A DNA stretch of 32,000 nt from Wolbachia endosymbiont of Cimex lectularius (GCF_000829315.1 NZ_AP013028.1:330001-362000); one strand, 5' to 3'; positions 19,002 through 29,917 are shown, counted from the first letter of the stretch. A program made the numbers and translations. Notes: generated from the sequence alone by a model not told the origin.

Positions 19002-20177
19002 ATGTCAGATGTGATATCAATTGCCTCAGACCACGCCGGTTATGAATTAAAATCAGAGATAAAGCTTTACCTGGAAACCTTGGGTTATACAGTGATAGAT
19101 CGTGGCTGCACTGCTGAGCAAAAGAGTGTAGATTATCCAGACTATGCTGTTAAAGTTGTAGAGGATATAACAAATAAAAAAGCAAATTATGGGATATTAA
19201 TCTGCGGTACAGGCCTCGGTATGAGTACCGTAGCGAATCGTTTTGAAGGAATTCACGCTGCTTTATGTAATAGCGTTGAGATTGCAAAATTAGCTCGCGA
19301 ACATGGCAACGCAAATATACTGTGTCTTGGTGCAGAGTTTACTGCAAGTGAATTAGCGAAAGACACAGTCAAGCAATTCCTTGAGACAGAGTTTTCAAAA
19401 GAAAGTAGACATAAAAAACGCCTCGATAAACTCAGCAATATAACTTCTTCTAGTAAGAAAAAAAAAACACAAACCTATAACGAAGATGAAGTATCAAAAT
19501 TCGCTAAAATGGCAGGAGAGTGGTGGGATGAAAATGGCAAATTCAAGCCATTGCACATGATGAATCCTGTGAGAGTATCATACATTATTGAGAAAATAAA
19601 AGAGTTAAAAAAATGCGATTTAAAGGAATTATCATTGCTTGACATTGGGTGTGGTGGCGGCATTTTGTCAGAGTCAATGGCTCGAGTTGGCATTAACGTT
19701 GTGGGAATAGATGTATGTGAAGAAAACATAAAAGTGGCACAGTCACACGCGAAAAAAGTGGGATTAAACATAGAATATACGTATACCAGCATTGAAGAAC
19801 TGAAAAATGACAAAAAATACGATGTGATTCTACTTATGGAAGTGGTTGAACATGTAGATAATTTAGAATTTTTCATGAAAAAAGCGACAGAATTGCTAAA
19901 ACCAGAGGGACTGATTTTTATATCGACAATAAATAGAACTATCAAATCCTTCTGTCTTGCAATAATTGGTGCGGAATACATATTAAACTGGCTGCCGAAA
20001 GGTACACATAACTGGAATAAATTTCTTAAGCCATCAGAAATTGCAAATCACCTAAGAGAAAATAATGTCACACTACAAAACATGGCTGGCATGGAATATA
20101 ACGTAATAAAGCGTGAGTGGAACTTAACCAAAGATGTGGATGTTAATTATATACTTTGTGGTGTAATGAATAGTTAG
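19002..20177 (+). CDS. Fused ribose-5-phosphate isomerase B + ubiquinone biosynthesis O-methyltransferase (RpiB-UbiG)
   Basis: Residues 1-~145 RpiB (IASDHAGYELKSEIKLYLETLGYTVIDRGC, YGILICGTGLGMSTVANRFEGIHAAL). From about residue 155 UbiG (FAKMAGEWWDENGKFKPLHMMNPVRVSYI, LLDIGCGGGILSESMARVGINVVGID). One uninterrupted frame across an A10 run. Confidence 0.92.
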   Translation: MSDVISIASDHAGYELKSEIKLYLETLGYTVIDRGCTAEQKSVDYPDYAVKVVEDITNKKANYGILICGTGLGMSTVANRFEGIHAALCNSVEIAKLAREHGNANILCLGAEFTASELAKDTVKQFLETEFSKESRHKKRLDKLSNITSSSKKKKTQTYNEDEVSKFAKMAGEWWDENGKFKPLHMMNPVRVSYIIEKIKELKKCDLKELSLLDIGCGGGILSESMARVGINVVGIDVCEENIKVAQSHAKKVGLNIEYTYTSIEELKNDKKYDVILLMEVVEHVDNLEFFMKKATELLKPEGLIFISTINRTIKSFCLAIIGAEYILNWLPKGTHNWNKFLKPSEIANHLRENNVTLQNMAGMEYNVIKREWNLTKDVDVNYILCGVMNS

Positions 20178-20267
20178 CTTTAAAAGCATCATCTTTTATT
20201 TCCACAGTGGCTCAGAAGGATCAACGCATTCTCTTTTATTACTTGCCACTTTGCCATCAGGACATGG

Positions 20268-21513
20268 CTACCAACTCCTCCTGTCGGGATAAACCCATCC
20301 GTTTGTACCCACAAACCAATACTCATCGGTAGCAACACATTTTCCACCTTCCATCATTTGTCCCTCATAAAGACAGCAAGCTTCTCTTCCTGTGATCTTT
20401 TTCACAACTTGAGGAGTACCAAAAAACACAGCAACAAACACACCAAGTGAAAAAAGTGCAGGCCAAGGCATTCTACCAAATATTGCAAGTAAGCTTGCAC
20501 CAATTATCACCACTGTAAGAACCTGTTTAAAATCTTGGAAATGTGAGGTAAAGTAAGCATAGATTAATAATGAGGTGTCTATGCAGAAAAGTTATCCAAG
20601 TAATATAAGTCAAGAGCAGTTTGAAAAAATCAGGCCAATTTTGGAGAGTAGCAAGCAGAAAACAAAACCAAGAAAACTTGATTTGTATGACGTATTTTGT
20701 GGGGTGTTGTACGTCTTAAAAAGTGGTTGTCAGTGGAGGATGTTACCAAAGGGTTTTCCAAGATGGGAAAGCGTATATTACTATTTTCGAGTGTGGAGTA
20801 AAAAGAATGGAGAAGAGCCAAGCTTGTTGGAATTAGTCTTAAAAAAAATTAGTTGGAGAGGTCCGTATCAGCAATGGTCGGAAAGAGAAAACTAGCTTTT
20901 GTATAATTGATTCTCAAAGCGTTAAAAACGCAGATACTGCTGAAAAAAAAAAGGCTATGATGCAGGTAAAAAGATTTCAGGGATAAAGCGCCATATTGCA
21001 GTTGATACACAAGGTTTGCCACATGCAATTTATGTAACAACGGCAGAAGCAACTGACCGTAGCAGTGCTGTGAAAATGGTCGAAAATGCTAAAGCAAACC
21101 TCTCTGAAGTTAAAAACATACTGGTTGATGCTGGCTACACAGGAGAAAATTTTGCAACACAAATAAAAGCTATCATTGGTGCGACTGTTGAAGTAATAAA
21201 GCGAAGTGAGTTACACACTTTCGTCGTATTGCCAAAAAGATGGGTTGTTGAACGCTCTTTTGCCTGGTTAGAAAAGTGCAGGCGATTGTGGAAAAATTGC
21301 GAGCGGAAGCTCAACACTAGCTTACAGATGATAGTCCTCTCCTTCATTTCTCTCCTGTTACGAAGATTTTAAACAGGTTCTAATCATTGCTCCACCAATT
21401 CCATGAATGTAGCGTATTGAATTACACATTACATCTGTTGCTCCATCAGCGTATGTATCAAATGCGTAGAATAGGAGCAAAGCTTCAAATAGAATGGCAA
21501 ATATGTCTTCCAT
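20268..21513 (-). pseudogene. virB2: VirB2/TrbC-like type IV secretion pilin gene disrupted by an IS5-family element
   Basis: Removing the IS and one TAA gives one clean frame: MEDIFAILFEALLLFYAFDTYADGATDVMCNSIRYIHGIGGAMITVVIIGASLLAIFGRMPWPALFSLGVFVAVFFGTPQVVKKITGREACCLYEGQMMEGGKCVATDEYWFVGTNGWVYPDRRSW. Two hydrophobic segments separated by GRMPWPALF, as in VirB2 proteins. Confidence 0.8.
20519..21380 (+). mobile_element. IS5-family insertion sequence, copy 2 (862 bp)
   Basis: Same TIRs; TAA duplications at 20516-20518 and 21381-21383. ORFs 20575..20895 and 21016..21372. An A10 run (A8 in the other four copies) explains the extra 2 bp. Confidence 0.95.
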
Positions 21514-21689
21514 TGTTCTTCTAGTGATCTTTGGTTTCGCGCTCCATTATCCCTTATTTTGATTAATTTTCAGTGAATAGTTTTTTTCCAATAAGGTTTA
21601 GTAGTATGTTCTCTGTGGTGTGGTGATACCAAATGTAATAGGACAAATTAAATTGCCAATCAACAATGGTGTCATTTCAGCGCCCCTCC

Positions 21690-22335
21690 TCCTGTTATCC
21701 AAGTAGCCTTTTCTTGTCATCCAAGTGCGTGACACTGGGATCCAGCCTTTCCATAATCATCAAAACGTCGTATTTTAACATGAAACAGCTACTTTTATAC
21801 TCACCAACTTAATAAAATTCCTGGATGCCAGTGTCAGCTACTTGCATGACACCCCCCTACCCAATTCATGAATTACAATTAGCAATAAACATTAAGAAAT
21901 TTATCAAATGAGAAAAAAAGCAAAAGAAACCCTGGTCGGTAGCTAATTATTTATATGTACCTCAAATATCGGCGTTTTTATTCTCAGCGCTACGATTTAG
22001 CTACTTTTAAATGCAAATAACCAAAACTGTAAACGTTAAGAAATTTACTAAATAGGAAAAAGGGCAAAAAAACTCTAGGGCAGCTAGTATTCAAATTCTC
22101 CCTTGTCTATTTGACGTTCTATACTGTCTTAAACGACTTATAAGCGCGTTTCAGCTTGTATAGGTAAAAACCAGAAGTTTTAAAAAGACGTAAGGTGCAC
22201 ATAGTGCAAAAATTTAAACATGAGACGCCAAATACCCTAAGTTTTTTGTCATTAACCTGCACAGATTGCGAAGATAAACAAATAGCTTCAGTATTATTAT
22301 AAGGGGGATTGACGAAGGTTGTCAAGTAGTTTTTT
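21690..22335. repeat. Dispersed intergenic repeat, copy A
   Basis: Long similarity to 29135-29830, e.g. ACTGTCTTAAACGACTTATAAGCGCGTTT.AGCTTGTATAGGTAAAAA.CCAGAAGTTTTAAAAAGAC and GTTGTCAAGTAGTTTTT. Confidence 0.85.
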
Positions 22336-23306
22336 TGTTTCTATAATTTGTTATTTCTTCAAACTCATCAATTAAAGTTCTCATGTCTTGCGGTAAATCA
22401 GAGCAAAAGTCCATATATTCCTTACTCCTTGGGTGATATAATCCTAGCTTATAGGCATGTAATGCTTGTCTATTGAAGCTACGGACAAAATCGGAGCTTT
22501 TAGCGTATTTTGCACTTTTACTACTGTTTTTCCCGTAAACTTGATCACCAACAATAGAATGTCCCATGTGACTCATATGTACTCGAATTTGGTGTGTTCT
22601 GCCCGTTTCTAAAATGCATTTGACTAAGCTTACTTGTCCTATAACTTTCTGCACCGAATAATGGGTAATTGCCAGTTTTCCTATGGTTTTCACTACACAC
22701 ATCATTTCTTTATTGCCACGTTTTGGAGCAATATTAGTTTTTATTGTTCCCTGGTTAGAAGGCAATATTCCCCAAACTACTGCTAAATATTCCCGCTTTA
22801 TCTTGCGATTTGACAGTAATTCAGACAAAAAACTATGGGCTTCTTCATTTTTTGCAATTACCATCAGCCCACTAGTATCTTTATCGAGTCTATGAACAAT
22901 TCCTGGTCTTACGTGGGTATATGGAATTTTACCAAGATGAGCAATAACTGCGTTCAAGAGCGTATCATTGTTTGTCCCGGCACCTGGATGCACTGTTAAT
23001 CCACTTTGTTTATTGAGAACTATAATATCCTCATCTTCGTAGATAATATCAAGTTTTATGTCGTGATTAGGCTCGATTGATGTGGGTTCGCTAGAAGTAA
23101 GATGCACCACATACTCCTCACCTGGTTTTACCATGTGATCGTTATTAGTTATAGGCATGCCGAGTAATTTCACTTGCTCATCTTGTATCAATCTCTGGGC
23201 TTTACTGCGTGATATGTCACTTTTCAGTTATGTAGGTGTCTAACCTTAATTTTTTCCCATTATTATCAATATTTAAGGTTACATCTATTACAACTACCCC
23301 ACGCAT
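22322..23306 (-). CDS. rluD: RluD-family 23S rRNA pseudouridine synthase, with an apparent frameshift in the N-terminal S4 domain (catalytic ORF 22322..23191)
   Basis: Catalytic motif VRPGIVHRLDKDTSGLMVIAKN, GRTHQIRVHMSHMGHSIVGDQVYG. Upstream in another frame from an ATG at 23306: MRGVVVIDVTLNIDNNGKKLRLDTYITEK, then SDISRSKAQRLIQDEQVKLLG in the catalytic frame; together a typical S4 domain. Confidence 0.9.
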
Positions 23307-24898
23307 GCTGCTTTAAATGCTGCTTGAATATCTGGATCTATAAAATCAACTTCTGTACTAGGAAGATAGCCCTGTTTTTCAATATGGCAAGTTGTCTGAG
23401 AACCGTCTTTCCAGTGGATTATTATCTTGTTGTCAAGGTTCCGCAACGTTGCCTTTTCTCCTAGCTTAATGGATTCTAAAACGTAATACAAAAATTCACT
23501 TGGTTTGCCGTTGATTTTTTCTTGCCGTTCATTTGTTTCTTCTTGCTTCCTATTTATCTTTCCTTGCTCAGCAAGCTCTTTCTCTAAGTCTTTTTCTCTT
23601 TGTGTTAACTCATTACTTTCTTTTTGTAACTCCAGAGCTTTAACTCTTTTACGTTGTTCTTTTACTTTGCTTTCTAATAGATTAGCGGTGTTATCTTCAT
23701 TTTCGGAAGGAGAGCTACGACCACTGTCAGACTCAGTTGTTTGTTCATTCTCTTGTGTTTCTTGAGATTGTGTACTCGACTGTGACCGTGAGTGCCACCA
23801 TGTGCTCGGATTAAGCTTATTCGCAGCATTTTCCAGTGCAACTGCTGCATTCTTAACGGCATCCGTTGTACCATTAACATCTATTGCATTCAATTTTTCC
23901 TGCACACTTTTTTCAATCCCCTTAAACAAATAATCCGCTTTTTTTCCTGCTTCATTAACATTTCCTTTTATATTTTCCCCTACATCATCAAGCACTTCTC
24001 TAACCTTAGCATTTGCAGGTTTTAGAAAGCTATTCTCAACTAACCCCAATATTTGCGATTGTAAATCGTCCTTCTCCTTACTTTCAAATTTATTTTCGAT
24101 TACTGATACAACACTGCCTTTTCTGCATGGAAGTAGAATATCTGCACTATCGAATTTTTTAACGGTATTACATGCGTTATCTACTTCATTATTTCTTAGT
24201 TTACTTAATGTTATGCATGCACCAACAATAGCTATAACACCTACTGCTGCAATGAAAGTCCATTGTTTCCAGCTTTGAATATTGGCAAAGCCAAATTTTG
24301 CCAATGCACCAACCACAGTTAGACCACTTAGCACATATGGTACAGTAAGCAAAACAATTTTATTTCTATTCTCTTGTCTTTTGTTTTCCAATATTTCTCC
24401 CTGTTTTCCAGAAATTGGTAAGGCTATAGAAAAATTTTCTTTTTTGTTGCCTATAGGGCTCGTGTCTGGAACAATTTCTATTGTCAATGCATTTTGAGCA
24501 ATCTCATTTATTCCGTCACTTTCTCCGCCTCTAATCTCTCTATCTATTGTATTCTTGCCATTTTTTAATATTTCATCTCTTATTTCTTGCTTGTGTGCAT
24601 GCTTTATAATAAGAAAAGTTAATAAAATTGTTCCAAGAATAACAGAAGCAAGAGCATAAGCTGGCATTGCTCTTGAATTAAGAATATTTGTAATGAAGCT
24701 CATATCGTGGCTAGTTACTACGACTGCAGCAACATAGGCTAGAGAAAATTGAAGCCAAGCATTCACAGCAACTATGGGTATGGTATTATTTACAGAATAT
24801 TTCTTTGTTGCACGCCATATTCTAGTAAGGTATCCAGTAACAGCTACATCATGATTTAGCTTGAAGTTAAAAGAATTTTCTGTAGTACCTGGGTTCAT
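23294..24898 (-). CDS. Hypothetical membrane protein with coiled-coil C-terminal half
   Basis: 534 aa; several hydrophobic segments (YALASVILGTILLTFLII, IVLLTVPYVLSGLTVVGALAKF, WTFIAAVGVIAIVGACITL), then an S/E/Q-rich linker and a charged coiled coil. Confidence 0.65.
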   Translation of the reverse strand: MNPGTTENSFNFKLNHDVAVTGYLTRIWRATKKYSVNNTIPIVAVNAWLQFSLAYVAAVVVTSHDMSFITNILNSRAMPAYALASVILGTILLTFLIIKHAHKQEIRDEILKNGKNTIDREIRGGESDGINEIAQNALTIEIVPDTSPIGNKKENFSIALPISGKQGEILENKRQENRNKIVLLTVPYVLSGLTVVGALAKFGFANIQSWKQWTFIAAVGVIAIVGACITLSKLRNNEVDNACNTVKKFDSADILLPCRKGSVVSVIENKFESKEKDDLQSQILGLVENSFLKPANAKVREVLDDVGENIKGNVNEAGKKADYLFKGIEKSVQEKLNAIDVNGTTDAVKNAAVALENAANKLNPSTWWHSRSQSSTQSQETQENEQTTESDSGRSSPSENEDNTANLLESKVKEQRKRVKALELQKESNELTQREKDLEKELAEQGKINRKQEETNERQEKINGKPSEFLYYVLESIKLGEKATLRNLDNKIIIHWKDGSQTTCHIEKQGYLPSTEVDFIDPDIQAAFKAACVG

Positions 24899-25203
24899 AA
24901 ACTTCCTTATATCTTAACTAAATTAATTATATACTAATAACACTGTAAAAGCAAGCTTTTTAACTTAAAGTCACATGCCAAGGCCTGTTGGAGCGCACTT
25001 TACTAATCTTTATGTCACTATTTGTTAACCAAATAGAATGTGTGCCATATGTCTCTAAATCGGCGTATCTAATAACTGTAGTATTACAAACTGGATAGTT
25101 GAATTTGCTTAACTGAATTATTAAGTCAACTCTGTCACAACTTTCTACAACCTCTTCTTCTTTTTTATAAGCAAGCAGCACTGATTTATTATTCCCTTTG
25201 TTA

Positions 25204-26063
25204 GAACTTGTTTAAAATCTTCGTAACAGGAGAGAAATGAAGGAGAGGACTATCATCTGTAAGCTAGTGTTGAGCTTCCGCTCGCAATTTTTCCACAATC
25301 GCCTGCACTTTTCTAACCAGGCAAAAGAGCGTTCAACAACCCATCTTTTTGGCAATACGACGAAAGTGTGTAACTCACTTCGCTTTATTACTTCAACAGT
25401 CGCACCAATGATAGCTTTTATTTGTGTTGCAAAATTTTCTCCTGTGTAGCCAGCATCAACCAGTATGTTTTTAACTTCAGAGAGGTTTGCTTTAGCATTT
25501 TCGACCATTTTCACAGCACTGCTACGGTCAGTTGCTTCTGCCATTGTTACATAAATTGCATGTGGCAAACCTTGTGTATCAACTGCAATATGGCGCTTTA
25601 TCCCTGAAATCTTTTTACCTGCATCATAGCCTTTTTTTTCAGCAGTATCTGCGTTTTTAACGCTTTGAGAATCAATTATACAAAAGCTAGTTTTCTCTTT
25701 CCGACCATTGCTGATACGGACCTCTCCAACTAATTTTTTTTAAGACTAATTCCAACAAGCTTGGCTCTTCTCCATTCTTTTTACTCCACACTCGAAAATA
25801 GTAATATACGCTTTCCCATCTTGGAAAACCCTTTGGTAACATCCTCCACTGACAACCACTTTTTAAGACGTACAACACCCCACAAAATACGTCATACAAA
25901 TCAAGTTTTCTTGGTTTTGTTTTCTGCTTGCTACTCTCCAAAATTGGCCTGATTTTTTCAAACTGCTCTTGACTTATATTACTTGGATAACTTTTCTGCA
26001 TAGACACCTCATTATTAATCTATGCTTACTTTACCTCACATTTCCAAGATTTTAAACAGGTTC
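25204..26063 (-). mobile_element. IS5-family insertion sequence, copy 3 (860 bp)
   Basis: TIR GAACTTGTTTAAAATCTT (one mismatch) and standard right end; TTA duplications at 25201-25203 and 26064-26066. ORFs 25687..26007 and 25212..25568. Confidence 0.95.
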
Positions 26064-26500
26064 TTATATATGCAGCCATAATCGCTACACTTTAGTTTTT
26101 TGTTTGAATTATTGTATTTGGTATGATTTAAAATTTGATTCTGCCCGTTTTGCTTTGCCCACGTTCTGACAACAAAGTTCCTATTTTTTCTAGTGAGAGA
26201 ATATAGCAAATTATCACTCTCCTTTATTGCAACATTATCAGCGCTGACTAGAATATCAGGAGTTCTATACATAGCGCTGAAGAAAATACCCAGCATAATA
26301 AAGAAAATTCCAAAGAAACGCCAATTTCTTTCCCACAAGCACAGCCACAATAACCCAAGTGTTGTTATTATAACTGATGAGACAGGGAAAGTGCGAATGG
26401 GAATAACCAAATACTGAAAACTAGCGATTGCATTTGTTATATACAAAACACTGTCAATTGGGCGCTCTATGAGCGGCGCTATAATCCACTCAATGCCTAA

Positions 26501-27360
26501 GAACCTGTTTAAAATCTTGGAAATGTGAGGTAAAGTAAGCATAGATTAATAATGAGGTGTCTATGCAGAAAAGTTATCCAAGTAATATAAGTCAAGAGCA
26601 GTTTGAAAAAATCAGGCCAATTTTGGAGAGTAGCAAGCAGAAAACAAAACCAAGAAAACTTGATTTGTATGACGTATTTTGTGGGGTGTTGTACGTCTTA
26701 AAAAGTGGTTGTCAGTGGAGGATGTTACCAAAGGGTTTTCCAAGATGGGAAAGCGTATATTACTATTTTCGAGTGTGGAGTAAAAAGAATGGAGAAGAGC
26801 CAAGCTTGTTGGAATTAGTCTTAAAAAAAATTAGTTGGAGAGGTCCGTATCAGCAATGGTCGGAAAGAGAAAACTAGCTTTTGTATAATTGATTCTCAAA
26901 GCGTTAAAAACGCAGATACTGCTGAAAAAAAAGGCTATGATGCAGGTAAAAAGATTTCAGGGATAAAGCGCCATATTGCAGTTGATACACAAGGTTTGCC
27001 ACATGCAATTTATGTAACAACGGCAGAAGCAACTGACCGTAGCAGTGCTGTGAAAATGGTCGAAAATGCTAAAGCAAACCTCTCTGAAGTTAAAAACATA
27101 CTGGTTGATGCTGGCTACACAGGAGAAAATTTTGCAACACAAATAAAAGCTATCATTGGTGCGACTGTTGAAGTAATAAAGCGAAGTGAGTTACACACTT
27201 TCGTCGTATTGCCAAAAAGATGGGTTGTTGAACGCTCTTTTGCCTGGTTAGAAAAGTGCAGGCGATTGTGGAAAAATTGCGAGCGGAAGCTCAACACTAG
27301 CTTACAGATGATAGTCCTCTCCTTCATTTCTCTCCTGTTACGAAGATTTTAAACAGGTTC
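26501..27360 (+). mobile_element. IS5-family insertion sequence, copy 4 (860 bp)
   Basis: TIRs as above; TAA duplications at 26498-26500 and 27361-27363. ORFs 26557..26877 and 26996..27352. Confidence 0.95.
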
Positions 27361-28874
27361 TAAAGGAATCAATAAAACATAGATTATTCCAAGCGGAATA
27401 ATAATCAATGTAACTATTGGTATAGCAATTAAATTTATGATGATGCCGCTGATTGAAAGGTAATTAAAATTGTATACCGTGTATGGAACAGTCGCTAAGC
27501 TTGCTATTACTGAGCTGATCATTATCGACACAAAATATTTTATTATTTTTATTTTGAACAGCTTGTTGGCATTAATCTGATAACTAGCAACCAGTGCCAA
27601 AACGGCAGAAAACGACATCTGAAAGCCGGGCTTTAAAATCGCTTCTGGTTCTACTATAAGTATCATCGAAGCAGCAAACGCAATTGCTATTAATCCCCGA
27701 TATTTCCTCTCTATTATTATGGCAACAAGTACCAAGATCACCATAATATACGCACGCTGAGCAGAAATTTGTATACCGGTGATCAGCAGATAAAATATGG
27801 TTGGCAAAATGGTGAGAAATGCAGATATTTTCTTGGTGTTATACTTAAGGGTTAAAGTTTCAGATATTGCAAATAAATTACGAAACACTATAAAAAACAG
27901 GCCAGCAACGAATGATAAGTGCAGACCAGATATAGCAAACAAATGTACTATGCCTGAATCTCGTATTGCATCCATAGTTTTTTGGTCTATTCCATCCTTT
28001 TTACCGATCAGTAATGCGGAGATTATGTCTGCATGAGGTTTTTTGATATTTCGTTGCAGGTTTTCATAAATATATTGACGGAAAGATTCTATATACTCTT
28101 GAAATTTCCTTGCTTTAGCCTTTTTATGCAAAGCTATTTTGCTCGTTGCAAAGCCTGTAGCACTTATTTTCTGATAATAGGCTACTCTTGCAAGATCATA
28201 TGCATACTCCGAAGGTGCGATCTTTGGCGGAAAAAGCTTTGCTGACAATTTTATTTGATCGCCTATTTTAATGCCTTTTTCTACTTTAGTTCTAACTGAT
28301 ATTCTTATGTTGTCTAAAGCAATGTGGCCAGTGCGTGACGCTGGAATTTGTGTATTTTTTTCTGGATCCAAGTGTCTGGGCGCTGGGATAACAGAAGGAA
28401 GCTTTTCAACAGAGAGCAGAAACTGTCTATATGAGCCCTTATTGCTAATATCCTTTACTGTAGCAACGATATTTTTTACATACCTCTCCTTATCAAGAAT
28501 TTGAGTATCAACTAAAGCTGTTCTCAGCTTGCTGGCTGTAAATCCTACAAGCACTGTAATCAAGGCGATACATAATATTGCATACCTTTTGTACAGTATT
28601 GCAATTAGAATTAGTATAGGTAAAAGCGAGAGAAAAATAGATGTAGTAAAAACACAGCTTGGTTCAAAGCTTAAAGAGAAATAGGTCAAAATTCCTACAC
28701 ATTGACATACGGGAAACCACAGTATCAAGTTATATTTCTCGCTGCGTAGGTTATTGCGTATATAACCGGCTGTGATGTCAAGAAAAGTCAATAAATATAT
28801 AAAATGTGTGCAATAGTAGGATTTTATTCTTTTATTTTCTATTATTGTATATATAATAACTAAATAAACAACGA

Positions 28875-28948
<74 letters not shown>

Positions 28949-29134
28949 CTTGATCCCACTACCATTAAGTTAAGGAAAGAAGAGTTAAGATTAGACAAAA
29001 AAATTTGAAGTGATTGGGTCATTATGATGAATTTTTAGGCAAATAAAATCCAAGAGATTTGAAAAAATAACAACTGTAGACTGTTTGAGACGAAAGACGT
29101 AACACTCAACTTTTCTTAACTTAATGGCAGTGCT

Positions 29135-29830
29135 CCTGTCATCCTGGTGCTTCCTTTTCCTGTCATCCAAGTAGCCTTCTCTTGTCCTTCCAGTGCCCAT
29201 TTCTTGTCATCCCAGCACGCGACGCTGGGATTCAGCATTTCCATAATCATCAAAACGTCGTATTTTAACATAAGATCAGCCGCTTTCTATGTTCACAAAA
29301 TTAGTTTGCTTGCTTACAAGCAAACTTTCCTGGATTCCAGCGTCACGCGCTGGAATGACACCCTTCACAGTCTTTTAAACTGCTTTAGCTATAAGTATTA
29401 AGAATTTTACCAAGTGAAGAAAAAAAGCAAAAGAAGCCCTAGTCAATATCTGCTCAAAAATATTGGCATCTTTTTAGCCTTAAACGCTGCAATTTAGCTG
29501 CTTTTAAACTACAACTAATCTTGACTTAAACGTTAAGAAATTTACTAAGCAGAAAAAAAGGCAAAAGAAATCCCGCGGTAGAAGTTGCTCACTCTCTAAT
29601 CCTGCAAATTGGCGTACTATACTGTCTTGAACGACTTATAAGCGCGTTTGAGCTTGTATAGGTAAAAAACCAGAAGTTTTAAAAAGACATACAGTGCACA
29701 TAGTGCAAAAAATTAGACATGAGACGCCAAATATGCTAAGTTTTTTTGTCCTTTAATCTGCACAGACTGAAGATAAATAATAACTTTAACCTTATGATAA
29801 TGGGTTTGGAAGAACTTGTCAAGTAGTTTT
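29135..29830. repeat. Dispersed intergenic repeat, copy B
   Basis: Colinear with copy A (21690-22335), including the two internal modules and the CTTGTCAAGTAGTTTTTT tail. Confidence 0.85.
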
Positions 29831-29917
29831 TTCGTATGTGCAAAGGCTGGTTTAATATGCAAAAAGTCTATTGATTTATAGGCAAATGTGGCTATTATTT
29901 GTAGTGTATAAGTATTA

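Larger units (their letters stand above)
24960..28791 (-). pseudogene. comEC: ComEC/Rec2-family DNA uptake protein broken into three pieces by two IS5-family insertions
   Basis: Pieces 27361..~28791, 26064..26500 and 24960..25203. Splicing at the TSDs restores ...GIIYVLLIPLGIEWIIAPLIERPIDSVLYITNAI... and ...CSDYGCIYNKGNNKSVLLAYKKEEEVVESCDRVDLIIQ... in one frame. Competence-domain text SGIVHLFAISGLHLSFVAGLFFIVFR and LTGIQISAQRAYIMVILVLVAI. The 28911 ORF start lies inside a tRNA, so the real start is downstream (e.g. TTG near 28791). Confidence 0.88.

Noticed and set aside
22119-22325. 68 aa minus-strand ORF MTTFVNPPYNNTEAICLSS...
   Set aside because: Falls inside dispersed repeat copy A. The corresponding segment of copy B carries no equivalent ORF, so it is probably not coding.
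28991-29200. 69 aa minus-strand ORF next to the tRNA
   Set aside because: Overlaps the palindromic head of repeat copy B; no similarity recognised.
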